Source of the DNA: Candidatus Eiseniibacteriota bacterium
GTDB taxonomy: Bacteria; Eisenbacteria; RBG-16-71-46; CAZEPH01
Reading direction: 5' to 3'
Length of the DNA stretch: 20,476 nucleotides
Assembly (NCBI GenBank): GCA_044229145.1
Contig: JBGATO010000062.1
Span: 1-20,476 of the forward strand
Part shown: positions 1-8,139 of the stretch, piece by piece
How the letters are laid out: each line of letters starts with the position of its first letter
Position numbering within the stretch: the first letter of the stretch is position 1
Translations under genes and position numbers: made by a program
The notes under the pieces: generated by a model
What the model saw: only the letters and a program-made list of their open reading frames with translations
What the model was told of the DNA's origin: nothing
Database searches by the model: none

Positions 1-2
1 GC

Positions 3-473
3 GGGGCGGGTGGGGGGTCTGGCGGCACGGGCGGGTCGAACAACCCCTACTCGGGCGCGACGGCCACGTACGCCACCCTGGACGCATTGCCGTTCGCGAT
101 CCTGTCGTTCCTCGTCGGCGCCGCAGGAAGCGCTGTTGGTCTGACGTTCGGTGGCGGCGGCGGCGTCGGCCAGAGCAACGGCGGCCTCGGCGGTGGCGGT
201 GGTGGTGGTGGTGGTGGTGCCTGCGTCGTTCTCGCGCGGGACCTCGTACTCGGCGGCACGATCGAGGCGAAGGGCGGCACCGGCGCGGTCGGTCAAGGCG
301 GCAACGACTGCGGAGGCGGCGGCGGGGGCGGGGGTTACGTCTGCGTCGTCTACCACACCAAGAGTGGTGCAGGTTCGCTAAGCGCAGCCGGTGGTGCTGG
401 CGGCGCGGGCGCCGGCTCCGGCACGGCCGGCGCAAACGGCGGTGCCGGTACGACCAAGTACATCCAGAACTGA
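3..473 (+). CDS. Glycine-rich putative virion/tail-associated protein, 5'-truncated by the window edge
   Basis: The frame of ORF 87..473 is open back to position 3 (GAGGGSGGTGGSNNPYSG...). Gly runs alternate with short hydrophobic strands (ACVVLARDLV, GTIEAKGG, GYVCVVYH) in the same order as in the downstream paralog. Confidence 0.75.
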   Translation, partial: GAGGGSGGTGGSNNPYSGATATYATLDALPFAILSFLVGAAGSAVGLTFGGGGGVGQSNGGLGGGGGGGGGGACVVLARDLVLGGTIEAKGGTGAVGQGGNDCGGGGGGGGYVCVVYHTKSGAGSLSAAGGAGGAGAGSGTAGANGGAGTTKYIQN

Positions 474-480
474 GGACCGC

Positions 481-1362
481 ATGCCCTGGATCGGCGACGC
501 TTCGACCTTCACCGGCTACCGCAAGACCGACGCGGGCATGGGTCGCTACGGCAATGGCGCCGACGGCGACATCATCGTCGGCACGACCACGGGCTGGACC
601 GGCGGCAGCCCCGTCTCGATGACGCGCGACTTCTGCGCCAACAACTTCACGATTCCGTCGGGCTACACCGTCAACATGCAGGGGTATCGGTTGTTCGTCA
701 GCGGCGTGCTGACGTTCACCGACGACACGTCGATCATTCACTGCAACGGCGCCAATGCCTCGGGCGGCACGGCGGGCGCAGCGGGCGTGGCGGGCGCGCT
801 CAATCGCGGTGCCGTGGGCGGGGCCGGAGGGACAGGTGCCGGCGGCGCGGCGGGTACCCAGAACTTCTCGATCGGCGCGGGTGGAGGCGCGGGCGGCGCC
901 GGGACGAACGCCGCGAGCGGCGGCGGTACTGTGACGACGGCAGCCTCGCTCAACCAGGACCCGCGCGACGGCATCGTAGGTGTTCTCGGCTGGTGGCCCT
1001 CGTATTCATCGGGCGTGAAGCCCTACTACGGCGGGGCCGGTGGCGGCGCAGGCGGCGGCTCCGGTAGCGCGGTCGGTGGTGGCGGCGGGGCCGGCGGCGG
1101 CATCGTCATCATCGCTGCGCGTTCGATCCGCATCGTCAGCGGCGGTAAGATCCAGGCCCTCGGCGGCAACGGCGGCAACGGCGCGGGCGCGAACTGCGGC
1201 GGCGGTGGCGGCGGGGGCGGCGGCGCCATCATCCTCGTGTACAGCTACAAAGACGCGCTCACGATCTCGGCGGCCGGCGGGCTGAAGGGCACCGGCGGTG
1301 GCGGTACGGGCGTCGACGGCACCGCCGGCACCGCCGGGAACATCTACTACTTCGGGCCGTAG
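481..1362 (+). CDS. Glycine-rich putative virion/tail-fibre-associated protein (293 aa)
   Basis: ATG 481 follows GAGGA. N-terminal module (YGNGADGD...RDFCANNFTI...GYRLFVSGVLT) followed by a Gly-rich C-terminus (IVIIAARSI, KIQALGG, AIILVY) paralogous to the upstream gene. Confidence 0.8.
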   Translation: MPWIGDASTFTGYRKTDAGMGRYGNGADGDIIVGTTTGWTGGSPVSMTRDFCANNFTIPSGYTVNMQGYRLFVSGVLTFTDDTSIIHCNGANASGGTAGAAGVAGALNRGAVGGAGGTGAGGAAGTQNFSIGAGGGAGGAGTNAASGGGTVTTAASLNQDPRDGIVGVLGWWPSYSSGVKPYYGGAGGGAGGGSGSAVGGGGGAGGGIVIIAARSIRIVSGGKIQALGGNGGNGAGANCGGGGGGGGGAIILVYSYKDALTISAAGGLKGTGGGGTGVDGTAGTAGNIYYFGP

Positions 1363-1372
1363 CGCGGCGCCG

Positions 1373-1378
1373 TATCCT
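1373..1378 (+). promoter_or_regulatory. -10 box TATCCT, 5 nt before ATG 1384 (leaderless)
   Basis: TATCCT-tcggc-ATG, no SD; no clear -35. Confidence 0.55.
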
Positions 1379-1383
1379 TCGGC

Positions 1384-1695
1384 ATGTCCTCCGCGCGTTT
1401 TCTCCAGGCCATCACCGGCGTCTTCGTGGCGCTGATCGTCGCGCTCGTGATCGCCGTGCTCGTCCACGTGACGGGTTGTTCGACGCCGCCGGCCCTGGCG
1501 ACGACGGGTCCGTGCCCGACCGCGGGCGCGTTCCGCTGCAACAACACGCAACTCGAATTCTGCAGCGGCGGCGCGTGGACGCCAGCGATGCCCGACACGT
1601 GCGGCCGGCCCGGCGTCGTATGCTGCCGCAGCCGGGCAGTGGCCGAGGCGCGCGAGGTGCTGAACTGCGTGCCCGCGGATCGCTGCCTGCCGTAG
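1384..1695 (+). CDS. Small Cys-rich predicted lipoprotein (103 aa)
   Basis: Hydrophobic N-terminal stretch ending in lipobox-like V-T-G-C32; 8 further Cys in the mature part. Confidence 0.7.
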   Translation: MSSARFLQAITGVFVALIVALVIAVLVHVTGCSTPPALATTGPCPTAGAFRCNNTQLEFCSGGAWTPAMPDTCGRPGVVCCRSRAVAEAREVLNCVPADRCLP

Positions 1696-1696
1696 T

Positions 1697-1709
1697 TTTA
1701 CGCTGTACA
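1697..1709. promoter_or_regulatory. 13-bp palindromic motif copy TTTACGCTGTACA, at the -35 position of the 1731 promoter
   Basis: Matches the TTTAC-RCN-GTAAA consensus; intergenic. Confidence 0.65.
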
Positions 1710-1718
1710 GGCGCGCCT

Positions 1719-1724
1719 TACCCT
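1719..1724 (+). promoter_or_regulatory. -10 box TACCCT, 6 nt before ATG 1731 (leaderless)
   Basis: TACCCT-tcgggc-ATG, no SD. Confidence 0.55.
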
Positions 1725-1730
1725 TCGGGC

Positions 1731-2837
1731 ATGAACATCTTCCCGAACGGCCCGCCCGCCGGTCCCACCGGTCCCACCGGCCCCGCCGGCCCGGCGGCCA
1801 CCGCGGGCAAGATCCCCAGCTCCTTCTACGGCGGCATCGTCGTCGACTCCGGGACCACGAGCGGCACGTTCGCGACGGTCGCCGCGGCCACGATCAGCAT
1901 CACGCTCGACCAGACGGTCGAGGTCCTGGTGTTCGGCGGCATCACGTTCGACGTGACGACCTCGAACACCCACGGCGCGTGCCGCCTCGTGATCGACGGC
2001 CAGATCAGCGACGTCACGCTGCTGGACGGCGCCCAGGACGAGAAGAGCTTCCCGATCTTCTTCCGGACCGCGCCGCTCGCGCCCGGCACGTACGACGTCG
2101 AGGTCCAGACGTGCAAGACGTCGGGCAGCGGCAGCCTCTCGCTGACGCACGTCGACCTCGCCGCGATGGCGATGCAGTCGGCGATCGGGCCGACGGGACC
2201 GACAGGACCGGCCGGACCGACCGGCCCTACCGGCCCTGCCGGAGCTGCCGGCGCTACCGGCCCTGCCGGCGCTACCGGAGCTACTGGCCCAGCAGGTGCC
2301 GACGCCGTCGTCACGCCACTCACCGGAGCCGGCGCGCCGGTGATCTCGGCCGCGACGTACGCGGGTCGGACGTACCGGGACACCAACAACAACGTCCTGT
2401 ACTACTCGACGGGCAGCACCTGGCTTGTGGCCTACGAGCCTTACCAGGAACTCGTGAGTACGGTGGCGGTGGGCAGCGCGCCGAACCACTCCGGGACGGA
2501 CGCCGGCTACGCCGAGCTGTCGACGACGATGCAGATCACCGCGGCCACCGGCACGCGGGTGCGCGTGGAGCTGATCGCGCTGGTGGACCGCCCGGGCACC
2601 GGTTTCACCGCCTTCATGGCCGTCGCGGTGTCCGGTGCGACGACGCGCGGCGCGAAGGACGCGGAGGCCGCCACGGGCGTCAGCTCGTTCAACAGCGGGT
2701 CGGTCGCGTGCGTGAAGACGTCGGTCATCACCGGACTCACGCCGGGCAACAACACGTTCAAGGTCGTCCACGCCGACGACGGCGGCAGCTACACCTGGCG
2801 CTACCGCTACGTCAAGATCACGGCGCTGGCCGAGTAG
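1731..2837 (+). CDS. Collagen-repeat putative tail-fibre/virion surface protein (368 aa)
   Basis: Gly-X-Y tracts (GPTGPTGPAGPA; GPTGPTGPAGPTGPTGPAGAAGATGPAGATGATGPAG) and two beta-rich domains; start moved to ATG 1731, after the 1695 stop and the -10 box. Confidence 0.8.
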   Translation: MNIFPNGPPAGPTGPTGPAGPAATAGKIPSSFYGGIVVDSGTTSGTFATVAAATISITLDQTVEVLVFGGITFDVTTSNTHGACRLVIDGQISDVTLLDGAQDEKSFPIFFRTAPLAPGTYDVEVQTCKTSGSGSLSLTHVDLAAMAMQSAIGPTGPTGPAGPTGPTGPAGAAGATGPAGATGATGPAGADAVVTPLTGAGAPVISAATYAGRTYRDTNNNVLYYSTGSTWLVAYEPYQELVSTVAVGSAPNHSGTDAGYAELSTTMQITAATGTRVRVELIALVDRPGTGFTAFMAVAVSGATTRGAKDAEAATGVSSFNSGSVACVKTSVITGLTPGNNTFKVVHADDGGSYTWRYRYVKITALAE

Positions 2838-2844
2838 AGGATCC

Positions 2845-3417
2845 ATGCGCGAACCCACCGACGACGAGGTCGCGGCCTTCGAGGCCTGGCTCTGCCAGCG
2901 CTTCGGCTTCGAGGTCATCGACAAGGACGACGCCGAGGTCATGCACCTCGCCGCCGAGTTCCTCAAGGGCACCGGCATCATCCCGGACCCGCACGACTTC
3001 CTCGCGAACTACGCGACGACGATCGGGCGGTTCGTCTTCGTGCCGAAGGCCTGGAAGGGCTGGTCGCGGATCCAGGCCCTCTGCCACGAGGCGATGCACG
3101 TCGAGCAGTTCGCGACGTACGGCATGTCCTACCTCTGGCTCGACGCGACGAGCGGCGCCCGACGGGCGGCGTTCGAGGCCGAGGGCTACCGCATGCAGTT
3201 CGACTGCGCCTGGTGGCGCTACGGCGCGCTCGACCTCGAAGGCTGGCGCTGGCTGGAGAACAGCTACGGGTTGAACGCCGACGACAAGAAGCTGATGGAC
3301 GAGCTGCTCGTCCGCCACCACGCCGGCGCGTGCTCCGGCCAGGCCGGCTCGGTGGTCTCCGCCGAGGCGATCGCCTACCTCGACACCCACCTCCCCGAGA
3401 TCCGACAGGCGGCGTGA
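2845..3417 (+). CDS. Putative zinc metallopeptidase-like protein (HExxH), 190 aa
   Basis: ATTIGRFVFV...LCHEAMHVEQ...AFEAEGY; SD GAGG before ATG. Confidence 0.7.
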   Translation: MREPTDDEVAAFEAWLCQRFGFEVIDKDDAEVMHLAAEFLKGTGIIPDPHDFLANYATTIGRFVFVPKAWKGWSRIQALCHEAMHVEQFATYGMSYLWLDATSGARRAAFEAEGYRMQFDCAWWRYGALDLEGWRWLENSYGLNADDKKLMDELLVRHHAGACSGQAGSVVSAEAIAYLDTHLPEIRQAA

Positions 3418-3418
3418 C

Positions 3419-3670
3419 GTGGCGGACGCGCTGCCGCGCACGGCGTCCGGGATGTGGGCCGCGGCCGGGCGCGACCCCGCCGAGTTCGCCAAGATCCGCG
3501 CGGACATGATCGCCGACGCCGAGCGCGTGCTGCGGCAGTACCGCGACCAAGACAAGCTCCAGGCCAGCGACGAGATCATCGACACGATCGCCCGCGTCAT
3601 CACGACCTACCACGCGCGGCTGCTCGCCGACGTGACCATGGAGGTCAAGAACCCACGGCGGCGGCGGTAG
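3419..3670 (+). CDS. Hypothetical protein (83 aa)
   Basis: GTG 1 nt after the upstream stop; GC-ending codon bias. Confidence 0.7.
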   Translation: MADALPRTASGMWAAAGRDPAEFAKIRADMIADAERVLRQYRDQDKLQASDEIIDTIARVITTYHARLLADVTMEVKNPRRRR

Positions 3671-3700
3671 TTGACGCGTGGCGGCGCCCGGGCGTAGACT
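3671..3700 (+). promoter_or_regulatory. Sigma70-type promoter TTGACG-N18-TAGACT, 6 nt before ATG 3707 (leaderless)
   Basis: Both hexamers fill the 36-bp intergenic gap; no SD. Confidence 0.75.
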
Positions 3701-3706
3701 CGGGGC

Positions 3707-4249
3707 ATGGAACAGATCATCGTCGCATCACTGACCGATCCGGCCGCACGCGGAACCGACACCGCACGGCTCTATCTCCGCGGAACCGCCAACGGCACCG
3801 AGCTCGTCATGGCCACCTGGAACAAAGAGGCCAAGGCGTGGATCGAGGCATCGATCTGGCGCGAACCGAGCGTGCTACCTGCTGCCGAGCAGCGCCTGGA
3901 CACCCAGGCGATTCGCGGCGGCGGGGGAGGCGGCGGAGGCGCCGTCGTCATGTCCACCCGGACCTTGACCGGCACCGGGCCCGTCGGCGTCGGCGACGCG
4001 AAGCTGAACGTGATATCGCTCAACCCGGGCACCGGCCTCGCCGGCACAGAACGCGCGCTCACCGTCGGCGGGGCGCTGGCTCTCGGCGCCGTTCTCACGC
4101 ACACCGACGACGGCGTCCGCTGGGCGCCGCCCGCGACCGTCCGCCACATCCGGCGCGCCGACACGCCGATCGGCGACCCCGCCGGCTTCGCGGTGGTCGA
4201 GCAGACCCGTCGGGCGCGCCGCCGCGGTCTTTACGCTGTAAAGCCCTAG
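3707..4249 (+). CDS. Hypothetical protein (180 aa)
   Basis: ORF with its own promoter and GC-ending codons; Gly8 linker; no recognised motif. Confidence 0.65.
   Translation: MEQIIVASLTDPAARGTDTARLYLRGTANGTELVMATWNKEAKAWIEASIWREPSVLPAAEQRLDTQAIRGGGGGGGGAVVMSTRTLTGTGPVGVGDAKLNVISLNPGTGLAGTERALTVGGALALGAVLTHTDDGVRWAPPATVRHIRRADTPIGDPAGFAVVEQTRRARRRGLYAVKP
4230..4242. promoter_or_regulatory. 13-bp palindromic motif copy TTTACGCTGTAAA (perfect arms, extends to CTTTAC-GCT-GTAAAG)
   Basis: Lies in the last codons of the 3707 gene, 4 nt upstream of the -35 TAGACA. Confidence 0.7.
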
Positions 4250-4275
4250 ACAGCCGCGCCGCGCCGGGGTATGCT
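4247..4275 (+). promoter_or_regulatory. Sigma70-type promoter TAGACA-N17-TATGCT, 7 nt before ATG 4283 (leaderless)
   Basis: Hexamers and spacing read directly. Confidence 0.65.
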
Positions 4276-4282
4276 CGGCGCC

Positions 4283-4726
4283 ATGTCGAACCCCACGCCG
4301 CCCGTCACGTGCCGCACCATCCCCGTCCTCGACGCCCACCGCTACGCGCGGTTGCAGGAGCGCAAGGAGAAGCTCGCCGCGCAGCTGGAGACGCTGGCCG
4401 CCCAGAACGCGCTCGTCCGCAACCTCATCGAGTCCGTACAACAGGCCCAGGCCGACATCGTCACGCGCAACGGCCTCATCGGGCTACCGGTCGGCGGCTT
4501 CGCGGTCGAGGACGACCCCAAGTCCGGCGTCCCGGCCGGCGCGGTGTTCACGACCGACGGCAACCTCCTGCCGGCCGAGGCGCAGGCGGCGGCGACGGAC
4601 AACACGGGTGCCAAGATCGAACGCGCGCTCGCCGCAGCTGACGCGGTCCTGGAGGCAAAGGCGACGCGCGGCGGCAGCACGGAGACGCCCACGCGCCGCT
4701 ACGGCCGGCCGAAGCGGGTCGGCTAG
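4283..4726 (+). CDS. Hypothetical coiled-coil protein (147 aa)
   Basis: ARLQERKEKLAAQLETLAAQNALVRNLIESVQQAQ heptad-like stretch; start chosen from promoter spacing. Confidence 0.7.
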   Translation: MSNPTPPVTCRTIPVLDAHRYARLQERKEKLAAQLETLAAQNALVRNLIESVQQAQADIVTRNGLIGLPVGGFAVEDDPKSGVPAGAVFTTDGNLLPAEAQAAATDNTGAKIERALAAADAVLEAKATRGGSTETPTRRYGRPKRVG

Positions 4727-5193
4727 TCGTCGCCCGGCTTCGGTGCGTTCTTGAGCGCGTTCTTCATCACGTCGACCGAGCCCTCGATGTGCGCCAGCTT
4801 CTGCAGCATCTGCTGGTAGTGCTCGGTGCTTTTGTTGACGCTCGCCAGCAACGCGTCGAGCTTGCGGTTGGTCTCGCCGTTGACCGACGCGACCGCCTCC
4901 GAGAGCGCCGTCCGGACAACGCCGTCGTCGCGGTGGACCTGGTCGTCGAGCACCTTCTTGATGAAGGCCTCGCGCTTGTCGCGCGCGGTGTCCGAGGTGT
5001 TCCACTTTTCGACGACGCCGGTGATGTACGCGTCGCCGTACTTGGCCTGCAGGCCGCGCAGGAAGATGCCGGCGATGACCGTGACCGTTACGAAGGTCGC
5101 GAGGACGCCGAGGACCCAGGTGCCGACGGTCGTCCCGACGGCGGAGACGGCGTTGGTGGCTTGCTGGGCCATGGAGATCAGAACAGCAGGCAT
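4723..5193 (-). CDS. Single-TM plus coiled-coil membrane protein (156 aa), possibly lysis-related
   Basis: GGAG SD before ATG 5193; TM WVLGVLATFVTVTVIAGIFL then helical C-terminus; stop shares CTAG with the convergent gene. Function is inference. Confidence 0.65.
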   Translation of the reverse strand: MPAVLISMAQQATNAVSAVGTTVGTWVLGVLATFVTVTVIAGIFLRGLQAKYGDAYITGVVEKWNTSDTARDKREAFIKKVLDDQVHRDDGVVRTALSEAVASVNGETNRKLDALLASVNKSTEHYQQMLQKLAHIEGSVDVMKNALKNAPKPGDD

Positions 5194-5283
5194 GCGGTCG
5201 CTCCGTGAGGGTTCGCGGGGTGCCGTCAAGCGGCGTCACTGTAGTATGGGGCGGCTTACACTCTCCCGAGAGGTACCGACCGC

Positions 5284-6033
5284 ATGTTTGACCTGAACCA
5301 GAGCGGCGTCGTCTGCGTCCAGCAGCGCGTCCGCGGCGCCGGCGTCTTCAACGGCACCCGGACCGGCTACTCCATCCTGGCGTACAGCGCCGGGGGCGGC
5401 GCCGGGACGTTCCGCGCCCGCACCGTCGGCGCCGACGGCGACCACTGGAAGATCCAGCTGCTCGACACCGGCCGCGCCCAGGCCAAGACCGAGGTCAAGG
5501 TCCAGGGACGCAACGTCGTCGTGCTCCTGAAGCGCAGCGCCGGCGCGATCACGGCGCTCTTGTCCGAGGTCGCGGCGGCGCTCGCGGCCTTCAAGGGCCC
5601 CGTGACGACGTCGTTCGACGCCGAGAACCAGAGCGTCGTGTCGCAGGGCCCGTCGCCCGTGTTGTTCGGCGTGGCCACCGACGCGACGGCCACGGCCGTG
5701 TCGCTGACGGCGCTGTCCGGCGGCTACGACCCGACCTACGCGGGCAACATCCTACGGTTCGACCCGCCGTCGAACCAGAACGCCGGGCTCTTCTTCTTCG
5801 AGGCGCCGGAGCCGCTGGAGGTCCTGCAGGTCGAGGGCACGGCGACGCTGACCAGCGTCGTGGTCGCCAACGTCGACGACGCCCTCAACGCGATCAGCGG
5901 CGAGTCCGCCGACGTCACCGCGTCGGCCGGCAGCTCGCCCATCTACCTCGGCACCAAGCAGGCCCTGCTGGTCTCGCTGGCCGCCGCCGGCACCGTCCGG
6001 GTCTGGGTCCGCCGCGCCTCGCGCCGCCAGTAA
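5284..6033 (+). CDS. Putative virion structural protein with a tail-sheath-like beta domain (249 aa)
   Basis: FRARTVGADGDHWKIQL...VKVQGRNVVVLL...EVAAAL...TALSGGYD resembles the pattern of sheath-associated domains; SD GAGAGG. Fold call is from memory of the pattern only. Confidence 0.55.
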   Translation: MFDLNQSGVVCVQQRVRGAGVFNGTRTGYSILAYSAGGGAGTFRARTVGADGDHWKIQLLDTGRAQAKTEVKVQGRNVVVLLKRSAGAITALLSEVAAALAAFKGPVTTSFDAENQSVVSQGPSPVLFGVATDATATAVSLTALSGGYDPTYAGNILRFDPPSNQNAGLFFFEAPEPLEVLQVEGTATLTSVVVANVDDALNAISGESADVTASAGSSPIYLGTKQALLVSLAAAGTVRVWVRRASRRQ

Positions 6034-6038
6034 GCGCC

Positions 6039-6044
6039 TATCCT
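6039..6044 (+). promoter_or_regulatory. -10 box TATCCT, 5 nt before ATG 6050 (leaderless)
   Basis: TATCCT-ggcgc-ATG within a 16-bp gap; same hexamer and spacing as at 1373. Confidence 0.55.
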
Positions 6045-6049
6045 GGCGC

Positions 6050-6415
6050 ATGGCGTCCGGCCTCCACGACCGCACGATCGCCGCCCTCTACCACGCCAGC
6101 CTCGCGACGCAACCGGCCACGCCGGGCGAGCCCGCGCGCCACTTCAAGTGGATCGCGCGCGCGGCCAAGGCCGTCTACGGCGCGGCCTGCCTGAACTGCG
6201 GCTGGGACAAGGACGTGACCGACGTCCACCACATCACGCCGCGGTCCGAGGGCGGCACCGACGCGATCGAGAACCTGGTGGTGCTCTGTCCGAACTGCCA
6301 CCGCCGCGCCGACAAGGGCGCGTTGACGCGCGAGCGCCTGCGGGAGCTGACGTCAGCAGCGCGCGGCGGCGACGATCAGGGTGCCCCAAACAGCGACGGT
6401 GAAGACGGTGTATAG
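6050..6415 (+). CDS. HNH endonuclease (121 aa)
   Basis: CLNC...DVHHITPRSEGGTDAIENLVVLCPNCH. Confidence 0.9.
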   Translation: MASGLHDRTIAALYHASLATQPATPGEPARHFKWIARAAKAVYGAACLNCGWDKDVTDVHHITPRSEGGTDAIENLVVLCPNCHRRADKGALTRERLRELTSAARGGDDQGAPNSDGEDGV

Positions 6416-6699
6416 GCCTTGGTCGACGAGGACGCCGTAGCGTCGGAAGAGCCAGCGGACAAGTCGGTCTTCGAGCATGGGTCTCCGAGAAAGTTGCCGA
6501 GAGCTGCATGCAGCAGCCGGACCTTGTCTAAGCTAAGACGAAGTCCGGTGATCGACATCCCCGCGTCATGGTAGGCCGTGATCCGCACGACGACGTCGTC
6601 ACCGTGGGGGTGCCGCCCGACCTCGATCTCATCGCCGTCAGGCGACGGCAGGGCGAGCGTCGGCGCGCCCAGATCGGTGTCGTGCGGAAGCCGTCTCAT
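6376..6699 (-). CDS. Hypothetical protein (107 aa)
   Basis: ATG 6699 in an ATGA overlap with the HIT gene stop; 3' end overlaps the convergent HNH by 40 bp. Confidence 0.55.
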   Translation of the reverse strand: MRRLPHDTDLGAPTLALPSPDGDEIEVGRHPHGDDVVVRITAYHDAGMSITGLRLSLDKVRLLHAALGNFLGDPCSKTDLSAGSSDATASSSTKAYTPSSPSLFGAP

Positions 6700-7817
6700 C
6701 CGTCGTCTCGCCGGTCTGCATCGAGCTTCGCGTCGAGGAAGGCCTTGGCTTCGGCCATTGTCGCGAACGGCTTGTCGCTGCCGTCGACGTAGATCTTGCC
6801 GAAGGCGACCATGACCCCGGGAACCTGGTAGCACATGAACGGTCTGGCCGGCGCCTCCGCCTTGACCTGCGTGTACGCGCCCATCACCGGCGACGGGCCC
6901 GAGGCCGCGGCGCGCAAGGCCTTCGTGGCCTCGTGATAGGTGTTCATCCGCGACGGATCGTAGATGTACGACGTTTCGATGTCGACCATTGCGCGATCCC
7001 ACGCGTCGACCTTCGCCTGCAACGCCGCGAGCCGTTCGTCCGCGGTCGGCACCACGATCCCCGGCCCGCGCTGCTCCACGGGACTCGCCGCGCACGGCCC
7101 TGTGTGCCCGCTTCCGCGTGAACACGCCCAGCCGGGCGGCGGCAACGTGCACGGCGTCGTCGCACCGGCAAGGTAGTTCCCCTTCGCGGGAATCACGTTG
7201 CGCACACCGCCGCGCGGATCCGCGACATCGCCGGCCACGCGCGGGATCACGTGGATGTGCGCGTGCATGACCGTCTGGCCGGCAGCGGTGCCGGCGTTCC
7301 AGCCGACGTTGTACCCGTCAGGTGCTGCCAACCCGGCGTTGCGGTACTCGTTCTGGATGCGGCCGACGATCCGTGGGAGCAGGCCGTGCCACTTCCGCGC
7401 TTCGAGGGTGTTGAAGTCGAACGGGTCGGCGACGTGGCGGCGCGGGAGGATCAGCGCGTGGCCGAGCGCGACCTCGAACTTCGACCAGATCACGACGAAC
7501 TCGTCGGTCTCGATGAAGACGCGGTCGGGCTCGGGCGAGCAGAAGACACATCCTGCGCGCGTCGCCGTCTCGGGCGGTGGTGGATCGGTTCGCTGCAGGG
7601 TGCGCCGCCCGGCGCGCGTCGTCTCGACCTTCACCCAGACCGTATTCGGGGCGAACGCGCTTTCCTCGTCCTCCGCCGCGAGATACACGCCGCCGTCTTC
7701 GAGCCGATCCCCGAAGGGGGACACCAGCTCGTCGTCCCACGGCATCGTCAAGACCGTCCCGCGTTGCAGCGCGAGGACGTCGCCGGGCGACAATCGGATG
7801 CAGCGAATCGCCGTCAC
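6696..7817 (-). CDS. Multidomain HIT-family nucleotide hydrolase (373 aa)
   Basis: CVFC, GHALILPRRH, GYNVGWNAGTAAGQTVMHAHIHVIPR (HxHxH triad); GTG 7817 with GGAGG SD and GTGA overlap. Confidence 0.9.
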   Translation of the reverse strand: MTAIRCIRLSPGDVLALQRGTVLTMPWDDELVSPFGDRLEDGGVYLAAEDEESAFAPNTVWVKVETTRAGRRTLQRTDPPPPETATRAGCVFCSPEPDRVFIETDEFVVIWSKFEVALGHALILPRRHVADPFDFNTLEARKWHGLLPRIVGRIQNEYRNAGLAAPDGYNVGWNAGTAAGQTVMHAHIHVIPRVAGDVADPRGGVRNVIPAKGNYLAGATTPCTLPPPGWACSRGSGHTGPCAASPVEQRGPGIVVPTADERLAALQAKVDAWDRAMVDIETSYIYDPSRMNTYHEATKALRAAASGPSPVMGAYTQVKAEAPARPFMCYQVPGVMVAFGKIYVDGSDKPFATMAEAKAFLDAKLDADRRDDG

Positions 7818-8038
7818 GTCGGCCTCCAGTTCGTCTCGACGAACGTCGCGAACGCCGCCAGCCGCGAGTCGTCGTAGTACGGGTCGAGCGTCGACCCGAT
7901 GATCCGCAGCGCCAGCGGCTGGTTTACAGTGTGCAAGGCGTTGAACGCCGCCTGCCCGTGGCGCAGCGCCGGCTCTGCCAACCGCAGCGCGGCCACGGCC
8001 CGCCAGTACCCCGCGACGTCGGTCTCGACGTCGGTCAC
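7814..8038 (-). CDS. Hypothetical protein (74 aa)
   Basis: GTG 8038 in a GTGA overlap; LRHGQAAFNAL...DPYYDDSRL. Confidence 0.7.
   Translation of the reverse strand: MTDVETDVAGYWRAVAALRLAEPALRHGQAAFNALHTVNQPLALRIIGSTLDPYYDDSRLAAFATFVETNWRPT
7923..7935. promoter_or_regulatory. Palindromic motif copy, intragenic (TTTACAGTGTGCA)
   Basis: Encoded by TTG CAC ACT GTA AAC, with ACT and GTA unusual for this gene. Confidence 0.55.
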
Positions 8039-8139
8039 GGGCGGTCCCGCATGCGCGCGACGTCGGCGCGGAAGAGCAGCACGCCGGACAGCATGCCGGT
8101 GAGAAACGCAAACGCCAGGATCCCGAGCATCGACAACAT
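8035..8139 (-). CDS. 34-aa single-TM microprotein MLSMLGILAFAFLTGMLSGVLLFRADVARMRDRP (absent from the ORF track)
   Basis: GGAGG SD, ATG directly after the upstream TGA, stop overlapping the next GTG; fills the gap exactly. Confidence 0.7.
   Translation of the reverse strand: MLSMLGILAFAFLTGMLSGVLLFRADVARMRDRP

Noticed and set aside
198..218. (GGT)7 microsatellite as a phase-variation site
   Set aside because: In-frame triplet repeat within poly-Gly; slippage would only change linker length.
3..1362. PE-PGRS assignment for the Gly-rich proteins
   Set aside because: No PE domain in the complete paralog and no regular GGAGGX periodicity; the context is phage-like.
1384..5193. Lysis cassette (spanin plus holin)
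   Set aside because: No endolysin in the window, the two membrane genes are far apart on opposite strands, and there is no i-spanin/o-spanin pairing.
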